Of a stretch of DNA of 64,000 bases, positions 18,052 to 28,209 are shown in pieces; within the stretch, counting starts at the first letter, position 1; every line of letters starts with the position of its first letter. Location: positions 1,940-65,939 of the forward strand of contig JAPYTU010000001.1 of the NCBI GenBank assembly GCA_029940715.1, given 5' to 3'. Origin of the DNA: Cytophagales bacterium. Its GTDB lineage: Bacteria; Bacteroidota; Bacteroidia; Cytophagales; MED-G16. Under the pieces are notes generated by a model. That model was not told where the DNA came from and did no database searches. It worked only from the letters and a program-made list of their open reading frames with translations. The position numbers and the translations under genes are program-made.

Positions 18052-19549
18052 AAATAATTTTTAAAATATCATCTAAATATTTTCTATTATTTGCAAGCCT
18101 AGGAATCTTATTTTGCCCTCCCAACATATTCTTTTTCTTTAACCATTTATCAAATGTGCCCGAATGTAATATTTTAATTTGAGGTATTTCTAAAGCAAGA
18201 TCTTTATATCTTTTTGCCTCATAATCTGAATTTAAATTTTTTAATTCAGTATCTAGAGAATGCGCAAAGTCTTTAAGATTTTTTGGTGGAGAGAGAAATT
18301 CTATAAACCATTCGTGTCTGCCTTTTTTGTTACCAGAAATATAAATCGGACCAGCAGTATAATTATAAACCGAAGTTTTGTGTTTTTTACACGCTAATTC
18401 CATAGCAGTATCTGCATTTTCAATAATTAATTCTTCTCCAAAAGCATTAATAAAATGTTTTGTTCTGCCTGAAATTTTAATTCTATATGGATTAACAGAG
18501 TAAAATCTAATTGTATCTCCTATCCTATACCTCCACAGCCCTGAATTTGTGGTAATTATTAATGCGTAATTTGATCCAACATTCACATTGGATAAATCCA
18601 CCACTTCTTTAGTTTCTGTATTTTCAAATTCATAAAAAATTCCATGATCGGTAAATAAAAGCATTTCTTCTTTTCCTGGATTATCCTGAACAGCAAAAAA
18701 TCCTTCTGAAGCATTATATGTTTCCAAATACCTCATTCTATTTGATGGTATTAATTCCCTAAACAAATCTTTATATGGTTGAAAAGAAACCGCTCCATGT
18801 ATAAACAATTCTAAATTTGGCCAAACTTCTAATATGTTTTGTGATTTTGTTGTTTTTAAAATTTCTTTAATCAAAACTATAGTCCAAGTAGGAACCCCTG
18901 AAATATTTGTAATGTTTTGCTTAGAGGTTATTAAGGCCATTTTTTTTAATTTATTTTCCCACTCAGGCATCATTGCAACATCTAAGCTTGGAGTTCTAAA
19001 TAACCGTGCCCAAAAAGGAAGATTCTTCATCAAAACAGCAGAAATATCCCCAGTAAATAATCGCTCAGCATTACCAATTGGATTAATTTGTTTGCTTCCC
19101 CCTAAAGCCAAAGATTTTCCATCAAATAAATTTGAAGAATTGTGGTTACTTAAATAAATAGAAAGCATATCAATCCCAGCTTTGTAATGTCCATGATTTA
19201 ATGCCGTTTGTGAAACGGGTATAAATTTACTTTTATCGTTTGTAGTGCCCGAAGATTTAGCGAACCATTTTATTTTTTCAGGCCACAATACATTTTCTTC
19301 TCCAGATAAAACTTTTTTTATTTCTGGATAAAATTCTTCATAATTGACAATAGGAACTGATTCAGAAAAATCCTTATAATTAATAAGATTATTAAAACTG
19401 TATCTTATTCCATAAGAAGTTTTTTTAGAAAATAAAAGAAGCTTTTTTAATATTTTTTTTTGAAGATCTATAGGATTTTTTCGAAAATTATCAACTTTTC
19501 TGTTTCTAGAGCTTAAGTATAATTTAGCCCCTAATGTAAGCATCCCCAT
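18041..19549 (-). CDS. GH3 (auxin-responsive promoter) family adenylate-forming enzyme homologue
   Basis: 502 aa. WFAKSSGTTNDKSKFIPVS (SSGTT adenylation motif). Length and layout match the Bacteroidota GH3 family. Confidence 0.7.
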   Translation of the reverse strand: MGMLTLGAKLYLSSRNRKVDNFRKNPIDLQKKILKKLLLFSKKTSYGIRYSFNNLINYKDFSESVPIVNYEEFYPEIKKVLSGEENVLWPEKIKWFAKSSGTTNDKSKFIPVSQTALNHGHYKAGIDMLSIYLSNHNSSNLFDGKSLALGGSKQINPIGNAERLFTGDISAVLMKNLPFWARLFRTPSLDVAMMPEWENKLKKMALITSKQNITNISGVPTWTIVLIKEILKTTKSQNILEVWPNLELFIHGAVSFQPYKDLFRELIPSNRMRYLETYNASEGFFAVQDNPGKEEMLLFTDHGIFYEFENTETKEVVDLSNVNVGSNYALIITTNSGLWRYRIGDTIRFYSVNPYRIKISGRTKHFINAFGEELIIENADTAMELACKKHKTSVYNYTAGPIYISGNKKGRHEWFIEFLSPPKNLKDFAHSLDTELKNLNSDYEAKRYKDLALEIPQIKILHSGTFDKWLKKKNMLGGQNKIPRLANNRKYLDDILKIISNV

Positions 19550-19551
19550 TA

Positions 19552-20295
19552 TTATAATTTACGTTTCAATTCGAAATTTTTTCCTAAGTACAATTTTCTA
19601 ACTTGATCATCTGAGGCAAGCTCTTCAGAAGTGCCAGATTTTAAAAGACGTCCTTCAAACATTAAATATGATCGATCTGTAATAGATAAGGTTTCTCCAA
19701 CATTATGGTCGGTTATTAATATTCCTATATTTTTTTGTTTTAACTTAGAAATTATACTTTGAATTTCTTCTACCGCAATCGGATCTACTCCAGCAAAAGG
19801 CTCATCTAATAAAATAAAATTTGGCTCTGTTGCAAGCGCTCTAGCAATTTCTGTTCTTCTTCTTTCACCGCCAGATAAAACCTTTCCCATATAATTTCTA
19901 ATATTAACTAAACCAAATTCATTTAATAATTTTTCTGTTCTTTCTAACTGATCCTCTTTTGAAATCCCTTGATTTTCTAATACTGCAAGAATATTATCTT
20001 CTACAGATAAATTTCTAAATACTGAGGCTTCCTGCGCTAAATACCCAATACCTTTTCTTGCTCTTTTATACATTGGTAATTTAGTAATATCATTATCTCC
20101 AATGTAGACAAACCCAGAATCAGACTTAATTAATCCAACAATTATATAAAAAGAAGTTGTTTTACCAGCACCATTAGGCCCCAAAAGGCCAACAATTTCA
20201 CCTTGCTTTACATTTAAAGAAACGTCATCAACAACTTTTTTTGAACCGTAAGTTTTAGAAATAGAACTAGCAAATAGAGATAATTTTTTTATCAT
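19552..20295 (-). CDS. lptB: LPS export ABC transporter ATP-binding protein
   Basis: 247 aa. Walker A GPNGAGKTT, signature LSGGERRRTEIARALA, Walker B ILLDEPFAGVDP. Confidence 0.85.
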   Translation of the reverse strand: MIKKLSLFASSISKTYGSKKVVDDVSLNVKQGEIVGLLGPNGAGKTTSFYIIVGLIKSDSGFVYIGDNDITKLPMYKRARKGIGYLAQEASVFRNLSVEDNILAVLENQGISKEDQLERTEKLLNEFGLVNIRNYMGKVLSGGERRRTEIARALATEPNFILLDEPFAGVDPIAVEEIQSIISKLKQKNIGILITDHNVGETLSITDRSYLMFEGRLLKSGTSEELASDDQVRKLYLGKNFELKRKL

Positions 20296-20361
20296 ATAAC
20301 AAAAATATATATATTTAGTTTATATATTCAGGCTAATTTAATGATACCCTAAAATTTAACA

Positions 20362-20940
20362 ATGTTAAGAAGAAATAAAGTTCGTCTTTTCTTTTTTTTA
20401 AAAAATTTTATTAGAGGTTTAATCTTTTTTGCAATAGCTATTCTTTTCTATAAATTAATTTTTAGATATTTTGATTTGATGGATGCTGAAAACATTTTAT
20501 CATTTGATTTATCTACATCAGTTGTTTTTATTTTATCTTTCTTTTCAGAATTAATTTTTGGACTAATTCCTCCCGAACTATTCATGATTTGGTTAATTAC
20601 TACTAAATCATTAGACCTATATCCGTATTTTATTGTTGCTCTTGCTTGTCTTTCATATTGTGCTGGATTTATAGCATTTTTGTTTGGAAAATATTTGCAT
20701 AAAACCTGGCTTTATGAAATAATGAAAAAATATGTAATAGGAAAATATGAGAAAAAAATTAATTTATATGGATGGCTTGTTATTATTGTTGCTGCCTTAA
20801 CACCACTTCCTTTTTCTGCAACTTGTGCAGTTGTTGGAGCAGTAGGATTTAATAAAAACAAATTTTTATATTATGCTTTAGCTAGATTTATAAGATATGC
20901 CCTATACTCATATTTGATATGGCTAGCACATCCATTTTAA
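20362..20940 (+). CDS. Small DedA/VTT-like integral membrane protein
   Basis: 192 aa with several TM segments. AALTPLPFS resembles a VTT-domain re-entrant motif. The function call is weak. Confidence 0.45.
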   Translation: MLRRNKVRLFFFLKNFIRGLIFFAIAILFYKLIFRYFDLMDAENILSFDLSTSVVFILSFFSELIFGLIPPELFMIWLITTKSLDLYPYFIVALACLSYCAGFIAFLFGKYLHKTWLYEIMKKYVIGKYEKKINLYGWLVIIVAALTPLPFSATCAVVGAVGFNKNKFLYYALARFIRYALYSYLIWLAHPF

Positions 20941-22070
20941 AGATTTTTTATTTCCATTATTTTATCAACCACATAGTCAACCTCATCAATTGTATTGTTC
21001 TTACTGAATGAAAATCTTACAGAAACATGCTTTTTGTGATGTTGAATTTCTTGAAGGACGTGAGAACCAGCATCTGATCCACTTGTGCAAGCGCTCCCTG
21101 CAGAAGCAGAAATATTATTAATATCAAGATTAAATAAAAACATTTGTTGATCTTCTATGTCTGGTATTGCTACATTTAAAACGGTATATAAACTATTATT
21201 TAAATTGGCAGACTCTCCATTAAACTTTATGTTTTGAATTTTAGACTTAAGTCCATTTATCATTCTTTGTTTTAATTCTAAAATATACTTTTTGTGATTT
21301 TCAAGATTTGAATCAGCTAATTCTAACGCTTCAGCAAGACCAACAATACCATATACATTTTCGGTTCCTCCCCTCATATTTCTTTCCTGAGATCCACCAT
21401 GAATAAAAGGAGATATTTTTTGAGATTTATTTAAATATAAAAACCCAATACCTTTAGGTCCATGGAATTTATGAGCAGACCCTACTATTCCATGTGCTCC
21501 AAGTTTAACAAGATCGAAATTATAATGGGCAACAGTTTGAACGGTATCAGAATGAAAGATAACTCTCATATCATTACATAAATCTGCAACAATATTAATA
21601 TCCAAAATATTACCAATTTCATTATTTCCGTGCATCAAACTCACAAGACTATTTGGATATTTGTTAAGTTTATTTTCTAAATCAGACATATCAAAAGATC
21701 CTTTTTCATTTATTTTAAGATATTCTATGTTTATATTTTTTATCTGTTTTAAATATTCCGCACAATGTAAAACCGCATGATGTTCTATTTTTGTAGTAAT
21801 AAAAGTATTTATGTTTTTCTCAAGAAATGTGTTAATAAGAAATGTGTTATTTGCTTCCGTACCTCCTGAGGTGAAAAATATTTCTCCTGGGTCACAATTT
21901 AAAATATCAGCAACTTTTGATCTTGATTTTTCAATAGCAGATTTAACTTTTCTCCCTTTTTGATGAATAGATGATGGATTTCCAAAATTATCACCCATAT
22001 AAGGCAACATTTTTTCCAAAACAAAACTATCTAATGGAGTTGTTGCTGCATTATCAAAATAGACATTCAT
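20937..22070 (-). CDS. Cysteine desulfurase (NifS/IscS family, class V PLP enzyme)
   Basis: PLP-lysine motif SAHKFHGPKGIG and catalytic loop SAGSACTSG. Confidence 0.85.
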   Translation of the reverse strand: MNVYFDNAATTPLDSFVLEKMLPYMGDNFGNPSSIHQKGRKVKSAIEKSRSKVADILNCDPGEIFFTSGGTEANNTFLINTFLEKNINTFITTKIEHHAVLHCAEYLKQIKNINIEYLKINEKGSFDMSDLENKLNKYPNSLVSLMHGNNEIGNILDINIVADLCNDMRVIFHSDTVQTVAHYNFDLVKLGAHGIVGSAHKFHGPKGIGFLYLNKSQKISPFIHGGSQERNMRGGTENVYGIVGLAEALELADSNLENHKKYILELKQRMINGLKSKIQNIKFNGESANLNNSLYTVLNVAIPDIEDQQMFLFNLDINNISASAGSACTSGSDAGSHVLQEIQHHKKHVSVRFSFSKNNTIDEVDYVVDKIMEIKNL

Positions 22071-23437
22071 ATTAACTGCAATTTAGACATAATTTCTTTT
22101 GCTAATCTTGAAGCTTCCTTCAAACTTACAGCCTCTGCAATAACACGTATAACAGGCTCAGTATTGGATTTTCTTACATGAACCCATGAATTATGAAAAT
22201 CAATTCTTATACCATCAATAGTTGTTATTTTGCATTTTAAATATTCTTGTTTAAAAAACTCGAGAACATTTTTAATGTTGCCATCAAAATTTAATTTTTT
22301 CTTAACTATTGAAAACTGGGGTAACGTTTTTTTAAGTGCAGAAAGAGGAATATTTCTTTCCGCTAGCAAGGAAAGTATCAAAACAATACCTATCAACGAA
22401 TCTCTCCCATAATGAGTTTTTGGATAAATAACACCTCCATTCCCTTCACCTCCAATAATAGCATTTTCTTTTTTCATTTTTTCAACAACATTAATCTCTC
22501 CTACCGCAGAAGTATAATAAATGCCCCCATGTTTTTCCGTTATAACTTTTAGAGCTAAAGAAGAGGATAAATTTGAACAAGTATTATTAGAGTCCGATGA
22601 ACTTAAAACAAATTCTGCAGCTGCCACTAAAGTATATTCTTCACCAAAAGGTATTCCTTTTTCATCTATTAAACATAATCTGTCTGCGTCCGGATCAACA
22701 ACTATGCCTACATCATATTTTCCCTTCTTAATTTTATCACATATTCTTATAATGTTTTCTGGTATTGGTTCTGGGTTATGAGCAAATTTTCCATTAGGAA
22801 TACAATTAATTTTTTTAATATTATCTACCCCTATTTTTTTTAACAAATTAGGAATTGCCGTCCCTCCAACTGAGTTAATACCATCTACTAAAACAGAAAA
22901 TTTCTTTTTTCTAATTTTTTCAATATTCAAAAATTCTTGAGATAAAATTAAATTTACATGATCTTTTAAAGCATCTTCATAGATTGAATATTTCCCTTTT
23001 TTATTAACCTTCTTAGAGATTTTTCTTGCAGTTGATTCATCAATTATTTTTTCAACCATTTTCGGAGACAAAAACTCTCCCTGATCGCTAAGAAGCTTCA
23101 AAGCATTCCATTTTTCATCATTGTGACTTGCGGATATCATTATTCCACCAGAAACTTGAAGATTTTTTACCGATATACCTAATGTGGGCATCGTCACCAA
23201 CCCAAGATCTACAACATTAATCCCTTCATTTAAAAGTGTATTAGAAACTAATTTAGAAATTCGTTTACCAGATTTTCGTGCATCTCTTCCTAGAATAACA
23301 CTCTTTGTTTTTGATTTTAAAATTACCTCATGTACATATGCTAAACTGAATTGAATAATATCTATATCAGACAAAGACTCTCCAGGTATATTTTCTAAAG
23401 TTCCCCTTATACCAGAAATAGATTTTATAAGAACCAT
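22067..23437 (-). CDS. glmM: Phosphoglucosamine mutase (phosphohexomutase family)
   Basis: Phosphoserine loop SASHND, Mg site VDPDADRL, C-terminal RKSNTEPVIRV. ATGA overlap with the downstream desulfurase gene. Confidence 0.75.
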   Translation of the reverse strand: MVLIKSISGIRGTLENIPGESLSDIDIIQFSLAYVHEVILKSKTKSVILGRDARKSGKRISKLVSNTLLNEGINVVDLGLVTMPTLGISVKNLQVSGGIMISASHNDEKWNALKLLSDQGEFLSPKMVEKIIDESTARKISKKVNKKGKYSIYEDALKDHVNLILSQEFLNIEKIRKKKFSVLVDGINSVGGTAIPNLLKKIGVDNIKKINCIPNGKFAHNPEPIPENIIRICDKIKKGKYDVGIVVDPDADRLCLIDEKGIPFGEEYTLVAAAEFVLSSSDSNNTCSNLSSSLALKVITEKHGGIYYTSAVGEINVVEKMKKENAIIGGEGNGGVIYPKTHYGRDSLIGIVLILSLLAERNIPLSALKKTLPQFSIVKKKLNFDGNIKNVLEFFKQEYLKCKITTIDGIRIDFHNSWVHVRKSNTEPVIRVIAEAVSLKEASRLAKEIMSKLQLI

Positions 23438-23635
23438 TTATTTTGATTTTTTACAGTCTCCTCCAGGCATCACAACCTTACCACAATAATCACAAGCTTC
23501 TCCTTCAAGATTCATAACACGATTTTGTGAAGCACAGGTTCCTTTAAACTCTCCATTCTTTAATAAAATCATTCTTAGAGAAAGTGCTATAAAAAAGAAA
23601 GCTACAATTACTATAGCAAGTATTGTTGTTGTCAT
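23438..23635 (-). CDS. Small single-pass Cys-rich membrane protein (possibly NqrM-like)
   Basis: 65 aa. One N-terminal TM helix (ILAIVIVAFFFIALSL), then C-x13-C-x2-C-x9-C. Its stop abuts the glmM start with 0 nt between them. Confidence 0.45.
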   Translation of the reverse strand: MTTTILAIVIVAFFFIALSLRMILLKNGEFKGTCASQNRVMNLEGEACDYCGKVVMPGGDCKKSK

Positions 23636-23698
23636 AATTGTAAAGTTATTAAATCAGTTGTTTATCTTTAATTAATAAAGATTTTATTTAAATGCAAT

Positions 23699-24475
23699 AT
23701 GGAAAAAGTCAAATCCTCTCTTAATACCCTTATCGAAATAATGAATGAACTAAGAGAAAAATGTCCGTGGGACAAAAAACAAACAATGGAAAGCTTAAGA
23801 GAAAAAACAATCGAAGAAGTATATGAATTATCTGAAGCTATTATTAATAATGATAAAAAAAACATTGAGGAAGAATTAGGAGATCTTCTTCTCCATATAG
23901 TTTTCTATGCTAAGATTGGCTCTGAAAAAAAACAATTTACTCTTAATTCTATTATAAATACATTAATAATAAAACTCAAAAAAAGACACCCACATGTTTA
24001 TGGAAAATTAATAATTAATAGCATTAAAGAAGTAGAAGAAAATTGGGAAAAAATAAAAAAGAAAGAAAAAAAATACAAAAATGTTTTAGAAAATATACCA
24101 AAGAGCCTACCCCCTGTAACTAAATCTATGCGCATACAAAAAAAAGTTCGTGCTGTTGGGTTTGACTGGGATAACAGAGAACAAGTTATGGAAAAATTTG
24201 AAGAAGAAATTATAGAAATGAAAAACGAAATTAGAAAAATAAATAATATTGAAAAAATAAAAGATGAAATAGGAGATGTCTTTTTTTCTCTAATAAACTA
24301 CTCAAGATTTATTGGAATAGACCCCGAAGAAGCACTAGAAAAAACAAACACAAAATTTATAAAAAGATTTAAATATTTAGAAAACAAAGTAAAAAAAGAA
24401 GGTAAAGACTTAATGAAAATGAATTTAAGTGAAATGAACAAATATTGGAATAAATCAAAAAAAGAAACCGTCTAA
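23699..24475 (+). CDS. mazG: Nucleoside triphosphate pyrophosphohydrolase MazG
   Basis: Two MazG repeats (EELGDLLLHIVFYA and EIGDVFFSLINYSRF). CPWDKKQT motif at the N-terminus. Confidence 0.9.
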   Translation: MEKVKSSLNTLIEIMNELREKCPWDKKQTMESLREKTIEEVYELSEAIINNDKKNIEEELGDLLLHIVFYAKIGSEKKQFTLNSIINTLIIKLKKRHPHVYGKLIINSIKEVEENWEKIKKKEKKYKNVLENIPKSLPPVTKSMRIQKKVRAVGFDWDNREQVMEKFEEEIIEMKNEIRKINNIEKIKDEIGDVFFSLINYSRFIGIDPEEALEKTNTKFIKRFKYLENKVKKEGKDLMKMNLSEMNKYWNKSKKETV

Positions 24476-24518
24476 AAAATAGTTTTTTAATATTTAACTT
24501 AAAGAATTAATTTAAAAA

Positions 24519-25892
24519 ATGAAAAAAACATTAACAGAGTTTGTCTGTTCTTCATGCGGTTACACATCACCTAAATGGTTAGGGAAATGTCCAGGGTGTG
24601 ATGAATGGAATTCATTAATGGAAGAAACCAAAACAAATAAACAAACCGATACAGTTTTATGGTCTGATAAAATTTTACAAAAAGAACGACCAATTAATAT
24701 TAAAAAAATTGTCTCTTCTAAAATAGATAGAATAATAACTAAAGACAAAGAGCTAAATAGAGTCTTGGGAGGAGGTATTGTTCCAGGTTCTGTCATTTTA
24801 ATTGGAGGAGAGCCTGGTATTGGAAAATCGACACTAATGCTACAAATCACCCTATCTCTAGAGATAGAAAAAAGTTTATATGTTTCGGGAGAGGAAAGCA
24901 AAGAACAAATTAAACTAAGAAGCGAAAGGCTAGGAGAAAAAAATGATAATTGTTTTGTGCTTACAGAAACAAATTTAGAAAACATTTTAACAATACTTAA
25001 AAAATCAAAACCAGACATTTTAATTATTGATTCTATTCAAACAATGAAGAAACAAACTATTGATGCGACCCCAGGAAGTATATCTCAAATTAGAGAATGT
25101 GCGCATGAATTAATAATATATGCAAAAAAAAATAGTATTCCTGTTTTTCTTATTGGACATATTACAAAAGACGGTATAATAGCTGGACCTAAAGTTTTAG
25201 AACACATGGTAGATACTGTAATAATTTTTGAAGGTGATAGACATTTATCCTATAGAATCATAAGGACTCAAAAAAATAGATTTGGACCAACAAACGAACT
25301 AGGAATTTATGAAATGAATTCTAAAGGACTCAGGCAAGTTTCAAACCCGTCAGAAATATTAATTTCTCAAAAAGACGCATCATTAAGTGGAGTTTCTATT
25401 GGTAGTGTTATGGAAGGTAATCGCACACTTTTATTAGAGGTCCAAGCTTTAGTTTGTACATCTAATTACAGCACACCCCAAAGAAGTTCAACTGGCTTTA
25501 ACTTAAAAAGATTAAATATGTTAATAGCTGTATTAGAAAAAAGAGGTGGATTAAAAGTGAACAATCAAGATGTATTTATAAATATTGCCGGAGGAATTAA
25601 CATTAACGATCCTTCTGCAGATCTAGCTTTATGTTTCGCAATAATATCGTCTTACAAAGAAGTTGCTATAAGTAATAAAATGTGTTTTTGTGGTGAAGTT
25701 GGATTAAATGGTGAAATTAGATCTATAGGAAAAATTGAATCAAGAATAGCAGAAGCAGAAAAATTAGGTTTCTCAGAAATTATTATATCAAAATACAATA
25801 CTGAACATATTGAAAAAAAGAATTATTCTATTAAAATAACAGGATTTGAAAAACTTTCTGATGCATACTCATACGTCATTAAAAATTCTTAA
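24519..25892 (+). CDS. radA: DNA repair protein RadA/Sms
   Basis: Zinc ribbon CSSCGYTSPKWLGKCPGCDEWNS, Walker A GGEPGIGKST, KNRFG motif, Lon-like C-terminal domain. Confidence 0.95.
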   Translation: MKKTLTEFVCSSCGYTSPKWLGKCPGCDEWNSLMEETKTNKQTDTVLWSDKILQKERPINIKKIVSSKIDRIITKDKELNRVLGGGIVPGSVILIGGEPGIGKSTLMLQITLSLEIEKSLYVSGEESKEQIKLRSERLGEKNDNCFVLTETNLENILTILKKSKPDILIIDSIQTMKKQTIDATPGSISQIRECAHELIIYAKKNSIPVFLIGHITKDGIIAGPKVLEHMVDTVIIFEGDRHLSYRIIRTQKNRFGPTNELGIYEMNSKGLRQVSNPSEILISQKDASLSGVSIGSVMEGNRTLLLEVQALVCTSNYSTPQRSSTGFNLKRLNMLIAVLEKRGGLKVNNQDVFINIAGGININDPSADLALCFAIISSYKEVAISNKMCFCGEVGLNGEIRSIGKIESRIAEAEKLGFSEIIISKYNTEHIEKKNYSIKITGFEKLSDAYSYVIKNS

Positions 25893-26034
25893 TCTTATAT
25901 CATAAGTCTTGTTAAATCCTGTTATTCCTTATAATACTCGCATATGTAAAAAACAATGCTTTTTCCTTTTTTTAAATAAATTTTCTTTGATAGGTTGCAA
26001 AGGAGTGTTTAAATTTAGTTAAGAGAATTCAATC

Positions 26035-27072
26035 ATGAAAGAACAAATTATAAATAATAATGAAGAAAGTCAACAACTTTATGAACACTATAACTTTATT
26101 GTAGATCTAAATCAATCGACCATAAGAATAGACAAATTTTTGTATGATAAACTGCCAAATGTTACAAGAAACAAACTTCAAGAAGCAATAAAAAATGGCT
26201 TTATTAAGGTTAACGAAAAAGAAATAAAATCTAGTTATAAAATAAAAGCCGATGATAAAATAATCGTTTCTTTACCTAAACCACCTAGAAATGAAGACAT
26301 AGAACCAGAAAACTTACCACTAAATATAGTGTTTGAAGACGATGATATTTTAATAATAAACAAAGAGGCTGGAATGGTTGTTCATCCTGCCCATCAAAAT
26401 TGGAATGGAACATTAGTAAATGCATTAATGTATCATTTCAAAAACCTTCCAGAAATGAAAAATAACGAAGGTAGGCCAGGATTAGTTCATAGAATAGATA
26501 AAGAAACTTCCGGGTTATTGGTAATTGCAAAAACCGAAATAGCAATGAATAAACTTTCTAAACAATTTTACAACCATACCATAGAAAGAAAATATCAAGC
26601 ATTAATATGGGGAACACCTAATAAAGAAAAAGGAACAATTAACATAAACTTAGGAAGATCATTTAAAGACAGAAGAATAATTGATGCATTTGCCGATAAT
26701 ACATTTGGTAAAAAAGCCATAACACACTATAAGGTCATAGAACAATATCACTACATTTCATTAATTGAGTGTGAATTAGAAACTGGAAGAACTCATCAAA
26801 TTAGAGCCCACATGAAACACATTGGTCATCCTATTTTTAATGACAAAACATATGGTGGAGACAGGGTGGTAAAAGGAAACAAATTTACAAACTATAAAAA
26901 ATTTGTTGAAAACAATTTTAAATTAATGCCAAGACAAGGTCTTCATGCAAAAAGCCTTGGTTTTGTTCACCCCACCACTAACCAAAAAGTATTATTTGAA
27001 TCAGAATTACCAGAAGATTTTCTAGGAGTAATAGACCGTTGGAAGAAATATAATCAATCAACAAATTATTAA
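26035..27072 (+). CDS. rluD: RluA/RluD family 23S rRNA pseudouridine synthase
   Basis: S4-like N-domain, catalytic HRIDKETSGLLVIAK, and RTHQIRAH motif. Confidence 0.85.
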   Translation: MKEQIINNNEESQQLYEHYNFIVDLNQSTIRIDKFLYDKLPNVTRNKLQEAIKNGFIKVNEKEIKSSYKIKADDKIIVSLPKPPRNEDIEPENLPLNIVFEDDDILIINKEAGMVVHPAHQNWNGTLVNALMYHFKNLPEMKNNEGRPGLVHRIDKETSGLLVIAKTEIAMNKLSKQFYNHTIERKYQALIWGTPNKEKGTININLGRSFKDRRIIDAFADNTFGKKAITHYKVIEQYHYISLIECELETGRTHQIRAHMKHIGHPIFNDKTYGGDRVVKGNKFTNYKKFVENNFKLMPRQGLHAKSLGFVHPTTNQKVLFESELPEDFLGVIDRWKKYNQSTNY

Positions 27073-28133
27073 ATCATCTTCACAAAACTTCCTAAAATTT
27101 TAATATTTTTTTCATATCTTTTATAAATGATTTGAAAATTATTATCCAAATAGTGTCCATCAAAATCAATAAAAAAAATGTATTTAAAGTCTGTGCCTTT
27201 TTTTGCTGGTCTACTTTCCAATTTTGTTAAATTAATTTTAGCATCATGAAATTCTTGAAGAAAACTTACCAAAACCCCATGCCCATCTGTAAGATTAACT
27301 AAAATAGAAGTTTTATCGCTTCCTGATTTAATTTCATTTAATTTATTTGACAAAATAATAAATCTTGTGTGATTATTTTTAGAATCTTCAATATTATCAA
27401 AAAGTATAGGTACACCTCTTTGAACTGCAGCAAACCTTGAGCAAATAGATGCTGAATTTATGTCTTTATCAGCATAACTTACTGCCGCACTTGTGCTATT
27501 TACAGAGATACACTTTATGTTATCATCAAAATATTCATCTATAAAGTCTTTACATTGTTTAAATGCTATGTCTTTGGAATAAATTTTTGTTATTTTTTTA
27601 ACAGATTTAGACCTAGTTGCAAATGAAAAACTTATTGATAAGGGGAGTTCTGCAACAACAAAAAGATTACTTTTTCCTAATATATCAACCGTTTCTTGGA
27701 CAATCCCTTCTTGATTATTTTCAAGTGGAATAATGCCATGTTTTGCTTTTTTGGTTTCAATAGAATTAAATACAGCTTTAATAGAATTTAATGCTAAGTA
27801 ATTACTTGTGGATCCAAAATTATTTTCAGCTGCCTGATGAGTAAAACTACCTTCAGGGCCAAGATAGGATATTATCTCTGGAAGTTCTATGTTTCTAGAT
27901 GCGGCAAAAATTTCTTGAAATATTGCACGAATCGATTTGATATCAAGTTTTTCTTTAGCTTCTCCACAAAGCCTATCAATAATAGCCTTTTCTCTTTCAG
28001 GCCTATAAACATTTTCCTTTGAAGCGTTTTTGATTTTTCCTACATCAAAAACAATCCCCATCCTTTGATTTAACAACTTTAAAAGTTGAGTATCAATTTT
28101 ATCAATTTTACTCCTTAATTCTTCAATGTTCAT
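27069..28133 (-). CDS. pheA: Bifunctional chorismate mutase / prephenate dehydratase
   Basis: CM helix MNIEELRSKIDKIDTQLLKLLNQR. PDT domain ISYLGPEGSFTHQAA. C-terminal ACT region ending ...ESRPAKK. Confidence 0.85.
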   Translation of the reverse strand: MNIEELRSKIDKIDTQLLKLLNQRMGIVFDVGKIKNASKENVYRPEREKAIIDRLCGEAKEKLDIKSIRAIFQEIFAASRNIELPEIISYLGPEGSFTHQAAENNFGSTSNYLALNSIKAVFNSIETKKAKHGIIPLENNQEGIVQETVDILGKSNLFVVAELPLSISFSFATRSKSVKKITKIYSKDIAFKQCKDFIDEYFDDNIKCISVNSTSAAVSYADKDINSASICSRFAAVQRGVPILFDNIEDSKNNHTRFIILSNKLNEIKSGSDKTSILVNLTDGHGVLVSFLQEFHDAKINLTKLESRPAKKGTDFKYIFFIDFDGHYLDNNFQIIYKRYEKNIKILGSFVKMI

Positions 28134-28209
28134 TACTTTTATAAAAAGTTTTGTTTAATTATACAAATTAAATAATATCCCGCTAAAATAATGAATAATA
28201 TAAAGTATA

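Noticed and set aside
24560-25018. 152-codon ORF antisense to radA, surprisingly long for such an AT-rich sequence
   Set aside because: Its triplets span sense codon position 3 plus positions 1-2 of the next codon. In that antisense frame a stop needs a sense TAx codon preceded by a pyrimidine, or a CAx codon preceded by T. This radA segment has almost no Tyr/His/Gln in that context. The open frame follows from radA codon content, and the predicted peptide is low-complexity.
25893-26034. The larger spacers (25893-26034, 53703-53848, 6479-6644, 7242-7351) were inspected for tRNA, SRP/6S/RNase P-like RNAs or riboswitches
   Set aside because: I saw no tRNA T-loop/acceptor pattern, no extended GC-rich helices and no recognisable riboswitch cores. 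They look like plain AT-rich promoter spacers. An Infernal/Rfam scan would be the decisive check.
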